Notes under the pieces: model-generated
Database searches by the model: none
What the model was told of the DNA's origin: nothing
The model's input: only the letters and a program-made list of their open reading frames with translations
Source: an uncultured Aquificales bacterium
GTDB taxonomy: Bacteria > Thermosulfidibacterota > Thermosulfidibacteria > Thermosulfidibacterales > Thermosulfidibacteraceae
Assembly: GCA_964411615.1 (NCBI GenBank)
Contig: CAYPLO010000001.1
Location: forward strand, 7,508 to 71,507
Length of the DNA stretch: 64,000 bases
Reading direction: 5' to 3'
In this document: positions 47,655 through 56,268 of the stretch, in pieces
Position numbering within the stretch: position 1 is the stretch's first letter
How the letters are laid out: each line of letters opens with the position of its first letter
Position numbers and translations under genes: made by a program

Positions 47655-48828
47655 GCCCCTCTGCCGTCTCCCCTTCTTTCAGCCTCTCCACTTCTTCTGG
47701 CAGTATCAATAATCCCTCGCAGGTGGCGCTTGTTCTGTAGTTGGAGGTGAGCTGGCTTCCCGCACTGTAGGCGTATAGCCTTCCATCCCTCCATTTTAGG
47801 TTGACCCTTATGAAGTAGACCATACCCTTTCTGCTTCTGAACTCCTCTGCCGCTGTGAACCGGGCGTATCTGTTCTGGTAGTTTTTCATTCCCTGCATCT
47901 TTCTTATGGCCGGTATCAGAAACTCAAGGGCGTTTACCAAGGTGGCGGATGGGTATCCGGGAAGGCAGAATATGGGATGCCCTTTTAGCGTGGCAAAGGC
48001 GAAGGGCCTTCCGGGTTTAACGTTGGTCTGGGTGATGAGTATCTCTGCCCCTAACTCCTCTAATGCCCTTTTCACAAAGTCCTTTTTCCCCTTGGAGACT
48101 CCCCCCACCGTTACGGTGGCGTGGAAGCTTCTGACTGACTCTTCTACGGTTCTCTTTATCGCCTCCACACTGTCCTCAACCCTGCCAAGGTAATGTGCCT
48201 CTGCCCCTTCCTTCTTTAGAAGTCCTTTCAGCATGTATATGTTGCTGTTTCTGGTTCTGTAGGGTGCCGGGTTCTCATGGACCTCTGCTATCTCCTCCCC
48301 TGTGATTATAACACCTACCTGGGGCCTTTGATATACGCTTATCTGGTACCTGCCCAGATAGGCGAGAAGTCCAAGGATGCGCCAGTCTATGAGCGTTCCG
48401 ATTTCCAGCACAGTCTCTCCCTTTTTTACCTCGCTTCCCGCCGGGTTCACAAACTCTCCAGGTTGTAGTCTCTCTTCCACCACCAGGGTGTTTCCTTCAA
48501 TCCTGGCGTCCTCTACCCTTATGACGGTGTCTGAGCCTTCTGGGATGAATGCCCCTGTGGCCACGTAGTATGCCTCTCCCTCGGAGAGGGTGGGGGGCAT
48601 CTCGCCCGGATAGACCTCTCCCGCTATCCGCAGCCTGCCTGGGGTATCGCCGCTTTTTACCGCGTAGCCGTCCATGGCTGATGTGGCCATGTAGGGTATG
48701 GGATGTTCTGCCCTTATATCTTCTGCCAGAACCCTTGACAGGGCCTCCTCTAAGGTCACTTTCTCTGTTCCCAAGGGCCGTATCTGCTCGTCTATTACCC
48801 TCTTTGCCTCCTGCCAGCTTCTCTTCAT
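47635..48828 (-). CDS. moeA: molybdopterin molybdenumtransferase MoeA
   Basis: ORF 47635..48954 trimmed to ATG 48828 (GGGAGG SD, 2 nt after the upstream stop). Motifs SAMDGYAV, GAFIPEGSDTVIRVE, TVGGVSKGKKDF and PGYPSATLV. Confidence 0.88.
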   Translation of the reverse strand: MKRSWQEAKRVIDEQIRPLGTEKVTLEEALSRVLAEDIRAEHPIPYMATSAMDGYAVKSGDTPGRLRIAGEVYPGEMPPTLSEGEAYYVATGAFIPEGSDTVIRVEDARIEGNTLVVEERLQPGEFVNPAGSEVKKGETVLEIGTLIDWRILGLLAYLGRYQISVYQRPQVGVIITGEEIAEVHENPAPYRTRNSNIYMLKGLLKKEGAEAHYLGRVEDSVEAIKRTVEESVRSFHATVTVGGVSKGKKDFVKRALEELGAEILITQTNVKPGRPFAFATLKGHPIFCLPGYPSATLVNALEFLIPAIRKMQGMKNYQNRYARFTAAEEFRSRKGMVYFIRVNLKWRDGRLYAYSAGSQLTSNYRTSATCEGLLILPEEVERLKEGETAEGLILSPV

Positions 48829-48830
48829 GG

Positions 48831-49847
48831 TTACCTCCCGAAGGGACATATGGGGTAGTGGCAGTGCTGACACCTCAGGCATAGTCCCCCGTGCCCCTTT
48901 GCCGCAACCTTCTCTCTGGTTATCTTCTCCCCCGTAAGTATCAGCGGAAGCCATACGTCTAAGGATGTGGCCCTGAAGAATAGGGCCGCCGCAGGCACTG
49001 CAACGACGGGCTTATCATCTATGTAGCCAATGGTGAGCATGTTCCCCGGTTGCATGGGCACTCCCCTCACCATGTCCTGGGCTCCAGCCATCCTCATGGC
49101 GGCAGGTGTCACATCGTCGGGGTCCACGGAGGTTCCCCCTGTGAGGATGACCAGATGGTATTTTGTGGCAAACTCCGCAATCTTTTCGGCTATGGCCTCT
49201 GTGTTATCTGGCAGAATAACCTTCTCCTCTATCTCCACCAGCAACTCCTTTAACTTGGGCCTCAGCTTTTCGTAGAACCTGTCCTTCACCTTTCCATGGT
49301 ATATCTCGTTTCCCGTTATGATGAGTCCCGCCTTCTTGGGGGCAAGGGGCCTTACATTAACGATACTCTGTCCCACCTTCTCCGCTTCCTCAATCTCCTT
49401 CTCCGGTGCTATCAGGGAGATTATCCTGACGGACGCCACCCTGTCTCCCTCTTTCACCACCGTCCCGTGATGAACCGTGGCGCAGGAAGGCTCCCCGATA
49501 CTGTTGAACTTAAAAAGTCTCTCTGTATCTATGTGCACCACTCCGAAGACGGAGGAGTATATGTTTATCTTCCCCTCTGCCGGTTCTTGGTCTCTGTAGG
49601 TGTTCTCCCCCATGAGGGCCTCTGCCAGCCTCACGGCAGCCTCATCCTCGTGTATGTGGCCTTCTTCTATCTCCAGAACGTATATGTGCTCTTTACCCAG
49701 GGCCTTCAGCTTCGGGATATCTTCCGGTGTTATCACGTGTCCCTTCTTGAAGGCCACCCCTTTGAAGTTCCTCTCCAGGTCCACCTCGGTAATATCGTGG
49801 CATATGACCTTGCCCACAGCCTCTTCAACCTTCACAAGCCTCTTCAT
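48831..49847 (-). CDS. MoeA-related molybdopterin-binding (MoCF-biosynthesis domain) protein with a C-terminal Cys cluster
   Basis: Motifs [30 protein letters not shown] and [26 protein letters not shown] are MoeA/MogA-domain-like. The C-terminus is [15 protein letters not shown]. Confidence 0.65.
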   Translation of the reverse strand: MKRLVKVEEAVGKVICHDITEVDLERNFKGVAFKKGHVITPEDIPKLKALGKEHIYVLEIEEGHIHEDEAAVRLAEALMGENTYRDQEPAEGKINIYSSVFGVVHIDTERLFKFNSIGEPSCATVHHGTVVKEGDRVASVRIISLIAPEKEIEEAEKVGQSIVNVRPLAPKKAGLIITGNEIYHGKVKDRFYEKLRPKLKELLVEIEEKVILPDNTEAIAEKIAEFATKYHLVILTGGTSVDPDDVTPAAMRMAGAQDMVRGVPMQPGNMLTIGYIDDKPVVAVPAAALFFRATSLDVWLPLILTGEKITREKVAAKGHGGLCLRCQHCHYPICPFGR

Positions 49848-50469
49848 CCTCCACTCCCCATCCTATGTCATAGCTTACTATCTTGTCTGCCACCCTTCTT
49901 ATCTCTTGGGTAAGGTGGGTCACAACAACGATTCTTATGCCAAACTCTTTTGATGTTTCCCGTATGAAGTCCAGCATCTCTCCCCTCAGTTCTGGGTGCA
50001 TGTTTGAGAAGGGCTCATCAAGCAGTAGGAGCCTTGGCTTTACCGCAAGGGCTCGGGCTACAGCCACCCTCTGGGCCTCTCCCCCCGAGAGCTGATGGGG
50101 ATACCTTTTGAGGAGCCTCTCTATCCCTGTCTTTTCTATCACATACTCCACCCATGCCCTGTCCTTGCATCCTCCATAGGTTACGTTCTTCAGGACGGTC
50201 ATGTGGGGAAACAGCAGGTGGTTCTGGGGCAGATACCCCACCATCCTCTTTTGAGGGGGCAGGTCTACGCCTTCTTGAGAGCTGAAGAATACGGTGCCGT
50301 TGAAGGATATTGTGCCCTTCTGGGGTTTCAAAAGACCTGCTATGGCCCTGAGAGTGGTGGTCTTTCCCGCCCCCGATGGTCCTACTATGGCAAGTATCCC
50401 GTCTGAGAAGCTCCACTTTGCCTTCAGGTGAAAGTTGCCCAGGCTCACCTCAATATCTACCCGTATCAC
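49825..50469 (-). CDS. modC: molybdate/tungstate ABC transporter ATP-binding protein (short form, no TOBE domain)
   Basis: Walker [10 protein letters not shown], signature [14 protein letters not shown], Walker [10 protein letters not shown]. Only 214 aa. Follows modA and modB. Confidence 0.78.
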   Translation of the reverse strand: MIRVDIEVSLGNFHLKAKWSFSDGILAIVGPSGAGKTTTLRAIAGLLKPQKGTISFNGTVFFSSQEGVDLPPQKRMVGYLPQNHLLFPHMTVLKNVTYGGCKDRAWVEYVIEKTGIERLLKRYPHQLSGGEAQRVAVARALAVKPRLLLLDEPFSNMHPELRGEMLDFIRETSKEFGIRIVVVTHLTQEIRRVADKIVSYDIGWGVEDEEACEG

Positions 50470-51133
50470 CCTGCCCCCAGATGTTGACTATACCCAGAAG
50501 CGTGAGGGATACCGCAACAGTTATCAGTACCAGTAGGTTGGCCCTGTGGAAGTTTCCTGATGATACGCTGCTGTAAATCTCTATGGGTATGGTGGCCGTT
50601 TTATGGGGTATATTCCCCGCCACCATGAGGGTGGCTCCGAACTCTCCCAGGGCCCTGGCGAAGGATAGGGTGCAGCCTGCAACGATGCCCCTTCTTGATA
50701 GGGGAAGCACAACCCTGAAGAAGGTGTACAGCCTGCCCCTACCTAAGGTGTAGGATATCTCTATGTACTCCCTCTTGACAGATGAGAAGGCGCTCTGGGC
50801 CGCTTTAACGAACAGGGGAAGGGATACCACGTAGGCTGCGGCAACGGCGGCGTACCAGGTGAAGAGGATTGTGCCTCCCGTAATTCTGTAGATGAGCTCA
50901 CCTACGGGTCCTCTTCTTCCCAGTATCATGAGCAGGATGTACCCCACCACTGTGGGTGATAGAACCACAGGGAGCATCAGAAGCAACTCAAGCAACTTCA
51001 GGCTTCTTCTCCATGATAGTAGATAGGCCAAGGGCACACCGGTTAGCAGAACCAGGAGGGTTGAGGTCAGTGATACTTTTAAGGACAGCGCTATGGCGCT
51101 TAGGGCTTCGGCGTCAAGGGGTGAGTAGCTCAA
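50450..51133 (-). CDS. modB: molybdate ABC transporter permease ModB
   Basis: ORF 50450..51178 trimmed to TTG 51133 (AGGAGA 7 nt upstream). [25 protein letters not shown] aligns with the ModB N-terminus. EAA-loop-like [20 protein letters not shown]. Confidence 0.8.
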   Translation of the reverse strand: MSYSPLDAEALSAIALSLKVSLTSTLLVLLTGVPLAYLLSWRRSLKLLELLLMLPVVLSPTVVGYILLMILGRRGPVGELIYRITGGTILFTWYAAVAAAYVVSLPLFVKAAQSAFSSVKREYIEISYTLGRGRLYTFFRVVLPLSRRGIVAGCTLSFARALGEFGATLMVAGNIPHKTATIPIEIYSSVSSGNFHRANLLVLITVAVSLTLLGIVNIWGQGDTGRY

Positions 51134-51827
51134 AGCCGTATCTCCTGAAGACGTCTTTCGCCTTTTTGATGTGCTCAAGCACCCCTTTGCCCTCGGGACT
51201 GTTATAGGCGGCCGTGAACAGTATCCTGCTGTGGGCTTTTTCGGGGAACAGGTAGATGAGCCTGAGCCTGTCCCTGAACCTCAGGTAGTCGGACATATAC
51301 ACCACCGCCGCATCTGCATTTCCCGTTGTTACCCACATTATGGCCTGGTGGGTGTGGGAGGCCAGGATGATACCTTCCTTAACGCAGTCGTATAGCCCTG
51401 TGCTTCTTAGGGCCTCTAAGGCGTATCTGCCGAAGGGTGCGAAGCGGTAATCGCCTATGGCCACCCTTTTCCCACATATATCCTTTGCGCTTTTCACCTT
51501 GGACGAGGGGTATGTCACCAGCACCAGACGGGTTGTGAGCAGAGGGAAGGCCTTGGCTATCACCCCCCTTTTCATGAGATAGCTGGTCCAGAAGGTTGAT
51601 GCGGAGATGAAGAGGTCCCAGGGGGCTCCCTCCTCTATCTGCTTTGCCAGCCTCCCCGATGAGGAGGCTACCACAAGCACCCTGTTGCCCGTGTCCCTTT
51701 CGTATCTCTTTGCCACTTCCTCAACCGCCTCCTTTGCCCCCATGGCGCAGAGTACCATAACATCCCTGGCGTTGCAGAGTCCCTGTATGATTATCAGAAA
51801 GACTGCTATGGCTGGAAGGCTCCTCAC
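51114..51827 (-). CDS. modA: periplasmic molybdate-binding protein ModA
   Basis: Signal peptide [44 protein letters not shown] matches the ModA anion-binding motif. Confidence 0.8.
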   Translation of the reverse strand: MRSLPAIAVFLIIIQGLCNARDVMVLCAMGAKEAVEEVAKRYERDTGNRVLVVASSSGRLAKQIEEGAPWDLFISASTFWTSYLMKRGVIAKAFPLLTTRLVLVTYPSSKVKSAKDICGKRVAIGDYRFAPFGRYALEALRSTGLYDCVKEGIILASHTHQAIMWVTTGNADAAVVYMSDYLRFRDRLRLIYLFPEKAHSRILFTAAYNSPEGKGVLEHIKKAKDVFRRYGFELLTP

Positions 51828-51829
51828 CT

Positions 51830-52771
51830 TTAGCCGCCTGTGTCTATCATGGTGGCGGTTCCCATTATGGGATGCAGGTATCCCTTCCTGGATATGGCCT
51901 TTGCCAGTGTTGCCCCTATCTCTTCGTCACTTATGTCAGGGTCCCTGAGCAGTTCTTTCAGGTTGAGTACAGCACCTCTGTGGAGGCATAGTTTCAGTTC
52001 CCCCTTTGCGTTTATCCTCAATCTGTTGCACCTGTGGCAGAAGGGGCTGGATACGGGGGTTATGAAGCCCACCACAGTCTTGAGCTCTTCAACAAGGAAG
52101 TTCTTTGATGTTCCGCTGGTTCCAAGGGGGATTAGACTGTAGCGCTGTTTGAGCACTTCCATCACTTCAGAGCACGGTACGTAATGTTTCTCAAATTCCT
52201 GGTTGTTCGTGTGGGAGAAGGGCATGTACTCTATGAACCTTATGTTTCCAGTGGTCTCTGATGCGAATTCAACAAGCTCGTGTATCTCGTCCAGATTCAC
52301 ATCCTTCATCACAACCGTGTTTATCTTTGTCCTTATACCTGCCCTCACAGACTCGATTATCCCTGATACTACCAGTTCCAGACCATCCTTCCCTGTAATC
52401 TCTGAAAACTTCTCTCTTTTCAACGTGTCAAGACTCACATTTATCCTCGTTATGAGACCTTTAAGTCTGTTTACGAAGTTTGATAACAGCACTCCATTGG
52501 TTGTGATACATATCTTATCAATTCCTTCTGATTTAATCATCTCCACGAGCCTGACTATATCCCTTCTGAGCAGAGGTTCTCCCCCTGTCAGCCTCACCTT
52601 CTCTATGTATCCAATTCTTTTGATGATTCTTATGAGTCTTGCTATCTCCTCATAGCTCAGCAGTTCATGAGATGGCAGCTTTTCGTAACATACTGGATGG
52701 CAGTAGAAACACCTTAGATTACATCTGTCTGTGACCGATATTCTAAGATATATGCCTCTTTGCCCGTTCAT
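51830..52771 (-). CDS. moaA: GTP 3',8-cyclase MoaA (radical SAM)
   Basis: Motifs LRISVTDRCNLRCFYCHP, VRLTGGEPLLR and C-terminal CHRCNRLRINAKGELKLC (second cluster). AT-rich relative to its neighbours. Confidence 0.9.
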   Translation of the reverse strand: MNGQRGIYLRISVTDRCNLRCFYCHPVCYEKLPSHELLSYEEIARLIRIIKRIGYIEKVRLTGGEPLLRRDIVRLVEMIKSEGIDKICITTNGVLLSNFVNRLKGLITRINVSLDTLKREKFSEITGKDGLELVVSGIIESVRAGIRTKINTVVMKDVNLDEIHELVEFASETTGNIRFIEYMPFSHTNNQEFEKHYVPCSEVMEVLKQRYSLIPLGTSGTSKNFLVEELKTVVGFITPVSSPFCHRCNRLRINAKGELKLCLHRGAVLNLKELLRDPDISDEEIGATLAKAISRKGYLHPIMGTATMIDTGG

Positions 52772-52823
52772 CTCGGGAAGTTTACTTTACGTATACCATC
52801 CTGTAAAATCCCCATCAACAGCT

Positions 52824-53399
52824 ATGGTTGTATGTGTGCTTGCAGGTGGCATGGGGAAGAGGATAGGGATGAGGAAGGCGCTGGTTAAAATTTTTAACAG
52901 AACCCTTATTGAGATTGCCGTTGATAGGGCGAGGGCCCTGTCGGATACTGTTGTTGTATCCTGTGGAAAGTTCAGGATAGAGGGTCTTCCGGTGGAGCAG
53001 GTGGAGGACGTTAAGGGGGAGGGCCCAATGGCGGGTATCTTCTCCATGCTGCTTAGGCATCCCAGGGTGCTCTTCTTCCCGGTGGATATGCCCTTTCTTA
53101 CGGTGGATGTGCTTAAGAGACTCTGGGACGAGTCGTGGTCTTCCCCTGTGGTTGTCGCCAGTGCCGGTGGTTTTTTGTTCCCCACTGTTGGCGTCTATTC
53201 AGACTCTGTGGTAGGTATCATGGAGGCATGCATAGACTCTCGCAGGTACTCCCTGAAGGGCTTTCTCGATTCGGTTGATGGGGTAAAGGTTGTCGATTTT
53301 TCTGATGTTGACCATGTGCACAGGGTCTTTCTCAACATAAATACGTGGGAGGATTTGAGGGTTGCGGAAGGGTGGTTCAAGAATGGTGGATGTATCTGA
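52824..53399 (+). CDS. mobA: molybdenum cofactor guanylyltransferase MobA
   Basis: ORF 52731..53399 trimmed to ATG 52824. MVVCVLAGGMGKRIG (LAGGxSxRMG-type motif), then PVDMPFL. Confidence 0.8.
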   Translation: MVVCVLAGGMGKRIGMRKALVKIFNRTLIEIAVDRARALSDTVVVSCGKFRIEGLPVEQVEDVKGEGPMAGIFSMLLRHPRVLFFPVDMPFLTVDVLKRLWDESWSSPVVVASAGGFLFPTVGVYSDSVVGIMEACIDSRRYSLKGFLDSVDGVKVVDFSDVDHVHRVFLNINTWEDLRVAEGWFKNGGCI

Positions 53400-54285
53400 A
53401 AAGTACGAGACCTTCAGGTTTGCCAGGGCTGTGGGCAGGATAAGGCTCCCTGGGGATGTGGTCTCCCTGATAAGGGAGGGGAAGGTTCAGAAGGGGGACG
53501 TCTTAGCGGTCTCTGAGGTTGCCGGTATGATGGCAGCCAAGAGGGTTTCTGAGCTTCTCCCTTACTGCCATCCCATCCCCGTTGACATGGTTGAGGTTAA
53601 AGCGAGGCTCACCGATGGGGGAGTGGAGGTGGAGGCCCTTGTCTGTGGTGTGTGGAGGACCGGATATGAGATGGAGGCCATGCTGGCGGTTACGGCAGCT
53701 CTGCTCAATGTATATGACATGTGCAAGATGTACACCTCCTCCATGGCTATTGAGGAGGTGAGGCTGGTGGAGAAGGGAGGGGGCAAGAGCCAGTGGTATC
53801 AGGACCTCAGCGGTGTGAGATTTGCAGTGGTGACGGTTAGTGATTCAGCCTTTGAGGGTACCAGAGAGGACAGGACGGGCCCCGCCCTTAAAGAGCTGAT
53901 TGAGTCTGAAGGAGGAACCGTTGTGGCCACCGCCGTTGTGCCTGATGAGAAGGCTATTATAGCGGGGAAGGTCAAGGAGCTTTGCCACTCTGTGGATGTG
54001 GTTGTGCTGGCTGGAGGCACGGGACCCTCTGCAAGGGATGTTACCCCTGAGGCTCTGGAAGGATTGATTGTTAAGAGGCTTCCCGGCTTCGGGGAGCTCA
54101 TGAGGGGTATGGGGGTCAGGTCCACCCCCAGGGCCATCATATCCAGGTGCTTTGCAGGGGTTGCGGAGGACGGGACCCTTGTTATGGCCCTTCCGGGGAG
54201 CGTTGGAGGGGCAACGGACAGCTTTAAAGCGGTTCTTCCCGTCATAAAGCACACCCTCGATATGATAAGGGGAGGTGGCCATTGA
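53383..54285 (+). CDS. moaC: fused cyclic pyranopterin monophosphate synthase MoaC + MoaB/MogA-type domain
   Basis: N-terminal half MVDVSEK...AKRVSELLPYCHPIP...EALVCGVWRTGYEMEAMLAV is MoaC. C-terminal half RFAVVTVSDSAFEGTREDRTGP...VVLAGGTGPSARDVTPEA is MoaB/MogA. One continuous frame. Confidence 0.85.
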   Translation: MVDVSEKYETFRFARAVGRIRLPGDVVSLIREGKVQKGDVLAVSEVAGMMAAKRVSELLPYCHPIPVDMVEVKARLTDGGVEVEALVCGVWRTGYEMEAMLAVTAALLNVYDMCKMYTSSMAIEEVRLVEKGGGKSQWYQDLSGVRFAVVTVSDSAFEGTREDRTGPALKELIESEGGTVVATAVVPDEKAIIAGKVKELCHSVDVVVLAGGTGPSARDVTPEALEGLIVKRLPGFGELMRGMGVRSTPRAIISRCFAGVAEDGTLVMALPGSVGGATDSFKAVLPVIKHTLDMIRGGGH

Positions 54286-54647
54286 AGGTCTCCATCGATG
54301 CCCTTGTTGATGAGGCCATCAGAAGCTGTGCTCCTGAGGAGCTGGGGATGGTTCTGGTCCACAGGGGGGTTGTGAGGGGAACGAGCAGGGATGGAAGGCC
54401 CGTTGAGGGGCTGCATGTGGAGGTGGACGAGGAGAGGCTGAGGAGGATAGAGGCCAAATACAGAGGTATGGATGGTATAGGATACGTGAAGGTGATTGCC
54501 AACAGTGGGTTTCTGAAGGTTGGTGAGACCATTATGACCGTTGTGGTGGCGGGAAGGTTCAGGGACTGCGTCATACCCGCCATGTCCGGAATAATAGAGG
54601 AGGTGAAGGCCATCTCCCGAAAGAAGGAGGTGTTTTCATGCCCATAG
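54282..54647 (+). CDS. moaE: MoaE-like molybdopterin synthase large subunit
   Basis: GMVLVHRGVVRG...VKVIANSGFLKVGETIMTVVVAGRFRDCVIPAMSGIIEEVK follows the MoaE pattern (G-x-VR, ...GE-x-V-x-V-x-V-x-HR). TTG start overlaps the previous stop. No moaD was seen in the window. Confidence 0.65.
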   Translation: MKVSIDALVDEAIRSCAPEELGMVLVHRGVVRGTSRDGRPVEGLHVEVDEERLRRIEAKYRGMDGIGYVKVIANSGFLKVGETIMTVVVAGRFRDCVIPAMSGIIEEVKAISRKKEVFSCP

Positions 54648-54880
54648 GGGGGTTCGTGGTCTCGGTGCTTCCGGAGGAGAGGGAGGAGACCGTAGGCAGG
54701 CTCAGTGAATTTGAGGGTGTCACCGTTTACGGATACGACGAAAGGGGCAATGTGGTGGTTGTTATAGAGGCAGAGGATTACGATGCCATGGACAGTCTGG
54801 TGGAGAGGATAATGGGGCTGGACGGAGTCCTCAATGTGGGGCTTGCCTATCTGAACTTTGAGGATGAGATATCCACCTGA
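54638..54880 (+). CDS. napD: NapD, NapA signal-peptide-binding maturation chaperone
   Basis: AAGGAGGTG SD 5 nt upstream. IGGFVVSVLPEEREETVGRLSEFEGVTVYGYDERGNVVVVIEAEDYDAMDSLVERIMGLDGVLNVGLAYLNFEDE aligns along its length with E. coli NapD as recalled (ICSLVVQ...VVVVEAED...VEGVLAVSLVY). Confidence 0.82.
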   Translation: MPIGGFVVSVLPEEREETVGRLSEFEGVTVYGYDERGNVVVVIEAEDYDAMDSLVERIMGLDGVLNVGLAYLNFEDEIST

Positions 54881-55634
54881 AGCTGAGCACACCCCTGGGG
54901 CACCTGCTCACGCACTCGCCGCAGTTCCAGCAGTATATGCTGAGGCTCTCCTTCTTTCCCGTTATATCAAGCCCCAAGGGACAGTGTCTGTTGCAGATGC
55001 CACAGTTTATACAGTCTTCGGGGCTGGTCATGGCCACTCTCAATCTCCTCTTTCCCCCTATGAGGGCGAGAAGCGCCCCTAAGGGGCACAGGTACCTGCA
55101 GAAGAGCCTTCTTGAGATGAGGTGGGAGCCCAGCACAGCGACCACGAATATCCCCTCAACGGCTAAGTATCCGAAGAAGACCGCCATCATAATCTCCCTG
55201 CCCACCAGCCCAGGTGGGGACATGAAGACGAAGATGGGGGCACCCAGTATGAGGGATATGAGAAGTTCGCCTATGAGGGAGAACCAGAGTATCATCCTGG
55301 GAAGCCTTAGCCTATCCCTGTAACCTGCCACCTTCTCCAGAATCTCGCTGAAGAAACTTATGGGGCATATCCAGCTGCAGAAGACCCTTCCCAGAAGAAA
55401 CGCCAGAAGAACCGGGGGAAGCATGGCTATGAGGAGGGGGAGGTAGAGCCTCTTCGCTATGAGTATGGCCTCCAACCCCTCTAAGGGGGATACGAACCAG
55501 AGCTTTCCTATGGCTATGGACTGGTACCATCCCTGGATGAAGTTTATGTGGAGGAATTTGTTGGTGAAGGGGTTGATGGCTATAACCAGAAAGGCCCCTG
55601 TGAGGATGATGAGCCGAATCCTTCTAATCTTCAT
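54831..55634 (-). CDS. napH: NapH, membrane-bound quinol-oxidising ferredoxin subunit
   Basis: ORF trimmed to ATG 55634 (AGGAG SD). Four TM helices. Motifs FCSWICP and CRYLCPLG, plus two ferredoxin clusters CINCGICNRHCP and CWNCGECVSRCP. Confidence 0.85.
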   Translation of the reverse strand: MKIRRIRLIILTGAFLVIAINPFTNKFLHINFIQGWYQSIAIGKLWFVSPLEGLEAILIAKRLYLPLLIAMLPPVLLAFLLGRVFCSWICPISFFSEILEKVAGYRDRLRLPRMILWFSLIGELLISLILGAPIFVFMSPPGLVGREIMMAVFFGYLAVEGIFVVAVLGSHLISRRLFCRYLCPLGALLALIGGKRRLRVAMTSPEDCINCGICNRHCPLGLDITGKKESLSIYCWNCGECVSRCPRGVLSFRWISHPQSSDRQAPH

Positions 55635-55635
55635 C

Positions 55636-56223
55636 TTAGCTCCTGTGCTGGAAGGAGTAGATGGGCTCAACGTTTATGGCCTTTGGGTGTAGGGGGCAGG
55701 CGTGGACGCAGAGTCCGCAGCCTGTGCATCTGTCATCCACCACCACCGGCTTTAACTTGATGAGTTTTATGGCTATATCTTTGAAGGGGCAAGCGTTGTA
55801 GCAGCTCCTGCACAGTGCCGTCTCAAGCCAGGATACGCAGTACCTCTTGTTTATCACCGCAAGGCCCATGCGCGTCTCTTCCTGCTTAATCTTCCTCAGG
55901 GTTCCCGTGGGACAGACCTCAACGCACTTCATGCATAGGTAGCAGGGTATCTCCTCAACAAATATCAGGGGAGTCCCAGCCCACACCCCCCATCGGGCAT
56001 CCAGCATCTTTATGGAGAGATACGGACACACCTCGGCGCACCTTCCGCATCTTATGCACTTTCCGGCGAAGATATCCTCGGGAACCGCACCGGGGGGCCT
56101 GAGCCTGTTGGTCCCCACTGGAGACTTGAGGAGGGAAAAAGAAACCCTCTGGGGTTTCTTCACCCCTGCCATTACAGTTGCCGCAATCAGCCCTTTGAGG
56201 AGTTCCCTTCTCTTTTCGTCCAT
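55636..56223 (-). CDS. napG: NapG, periplasmic 4x[4Fe-4S] ferredoxin subunit
   Basis: Tat-like KRRELLKGL. Four clusters: CIRCGRCAEVCP, CYLCMKCVEVCP, CRSCYNACP and CTGCGLCVHACP. Confidence 0.85.
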   Translation of the reverse strand: MDEKRRELLKGLIAATVMAGVKKPQRVSFSLLKSPVGTNRLRPPGAVPEDIFAGKCIRCGRCAEVCPYLSIKMLDARWGVWAGTPLIFVEEIPCYLCMKCVEVCPTGTLRKIKQEETRMGLAVINKRYCVSWLETALCRSCYNACPFKDIAIKLIKLKPVVVDDRCTGCGLCVHACPLHPKAINVEPIYSFQHRS

Positions 56224-56240
56224 GTCGGGTATAAGGGAGA

Positions 56241-56267
56241 GGGGCGGCTGAGTCCGCCCCTTTTCTT
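56241..56267. other. GC-rich hairpin in the napA-napG intercistronic gap (terminator-like only when read on the plus, antisense strand)
   Basis: Plus strand: GGGGCGG (56241-47), CTGAGT, CCGCCCC (56254-60), TTTTCTT. On the nap-coding minus strand the T-tract is absent (the stem is followed by tctccctta). Confidence 0.4.
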
Positions 56268-56268
56268 A

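Noticed and set aside
52772-52823. Moco riboswitch upstream of moaA, modA or mobA.
   Set aside because: The leaders are only about 10-50 nt (moaA-mobA spacer 52 nt; modA abuts moaA). That is too short for the roughly 130-150-nt Moco RNA motif, and no conserved stem architecture was visible.
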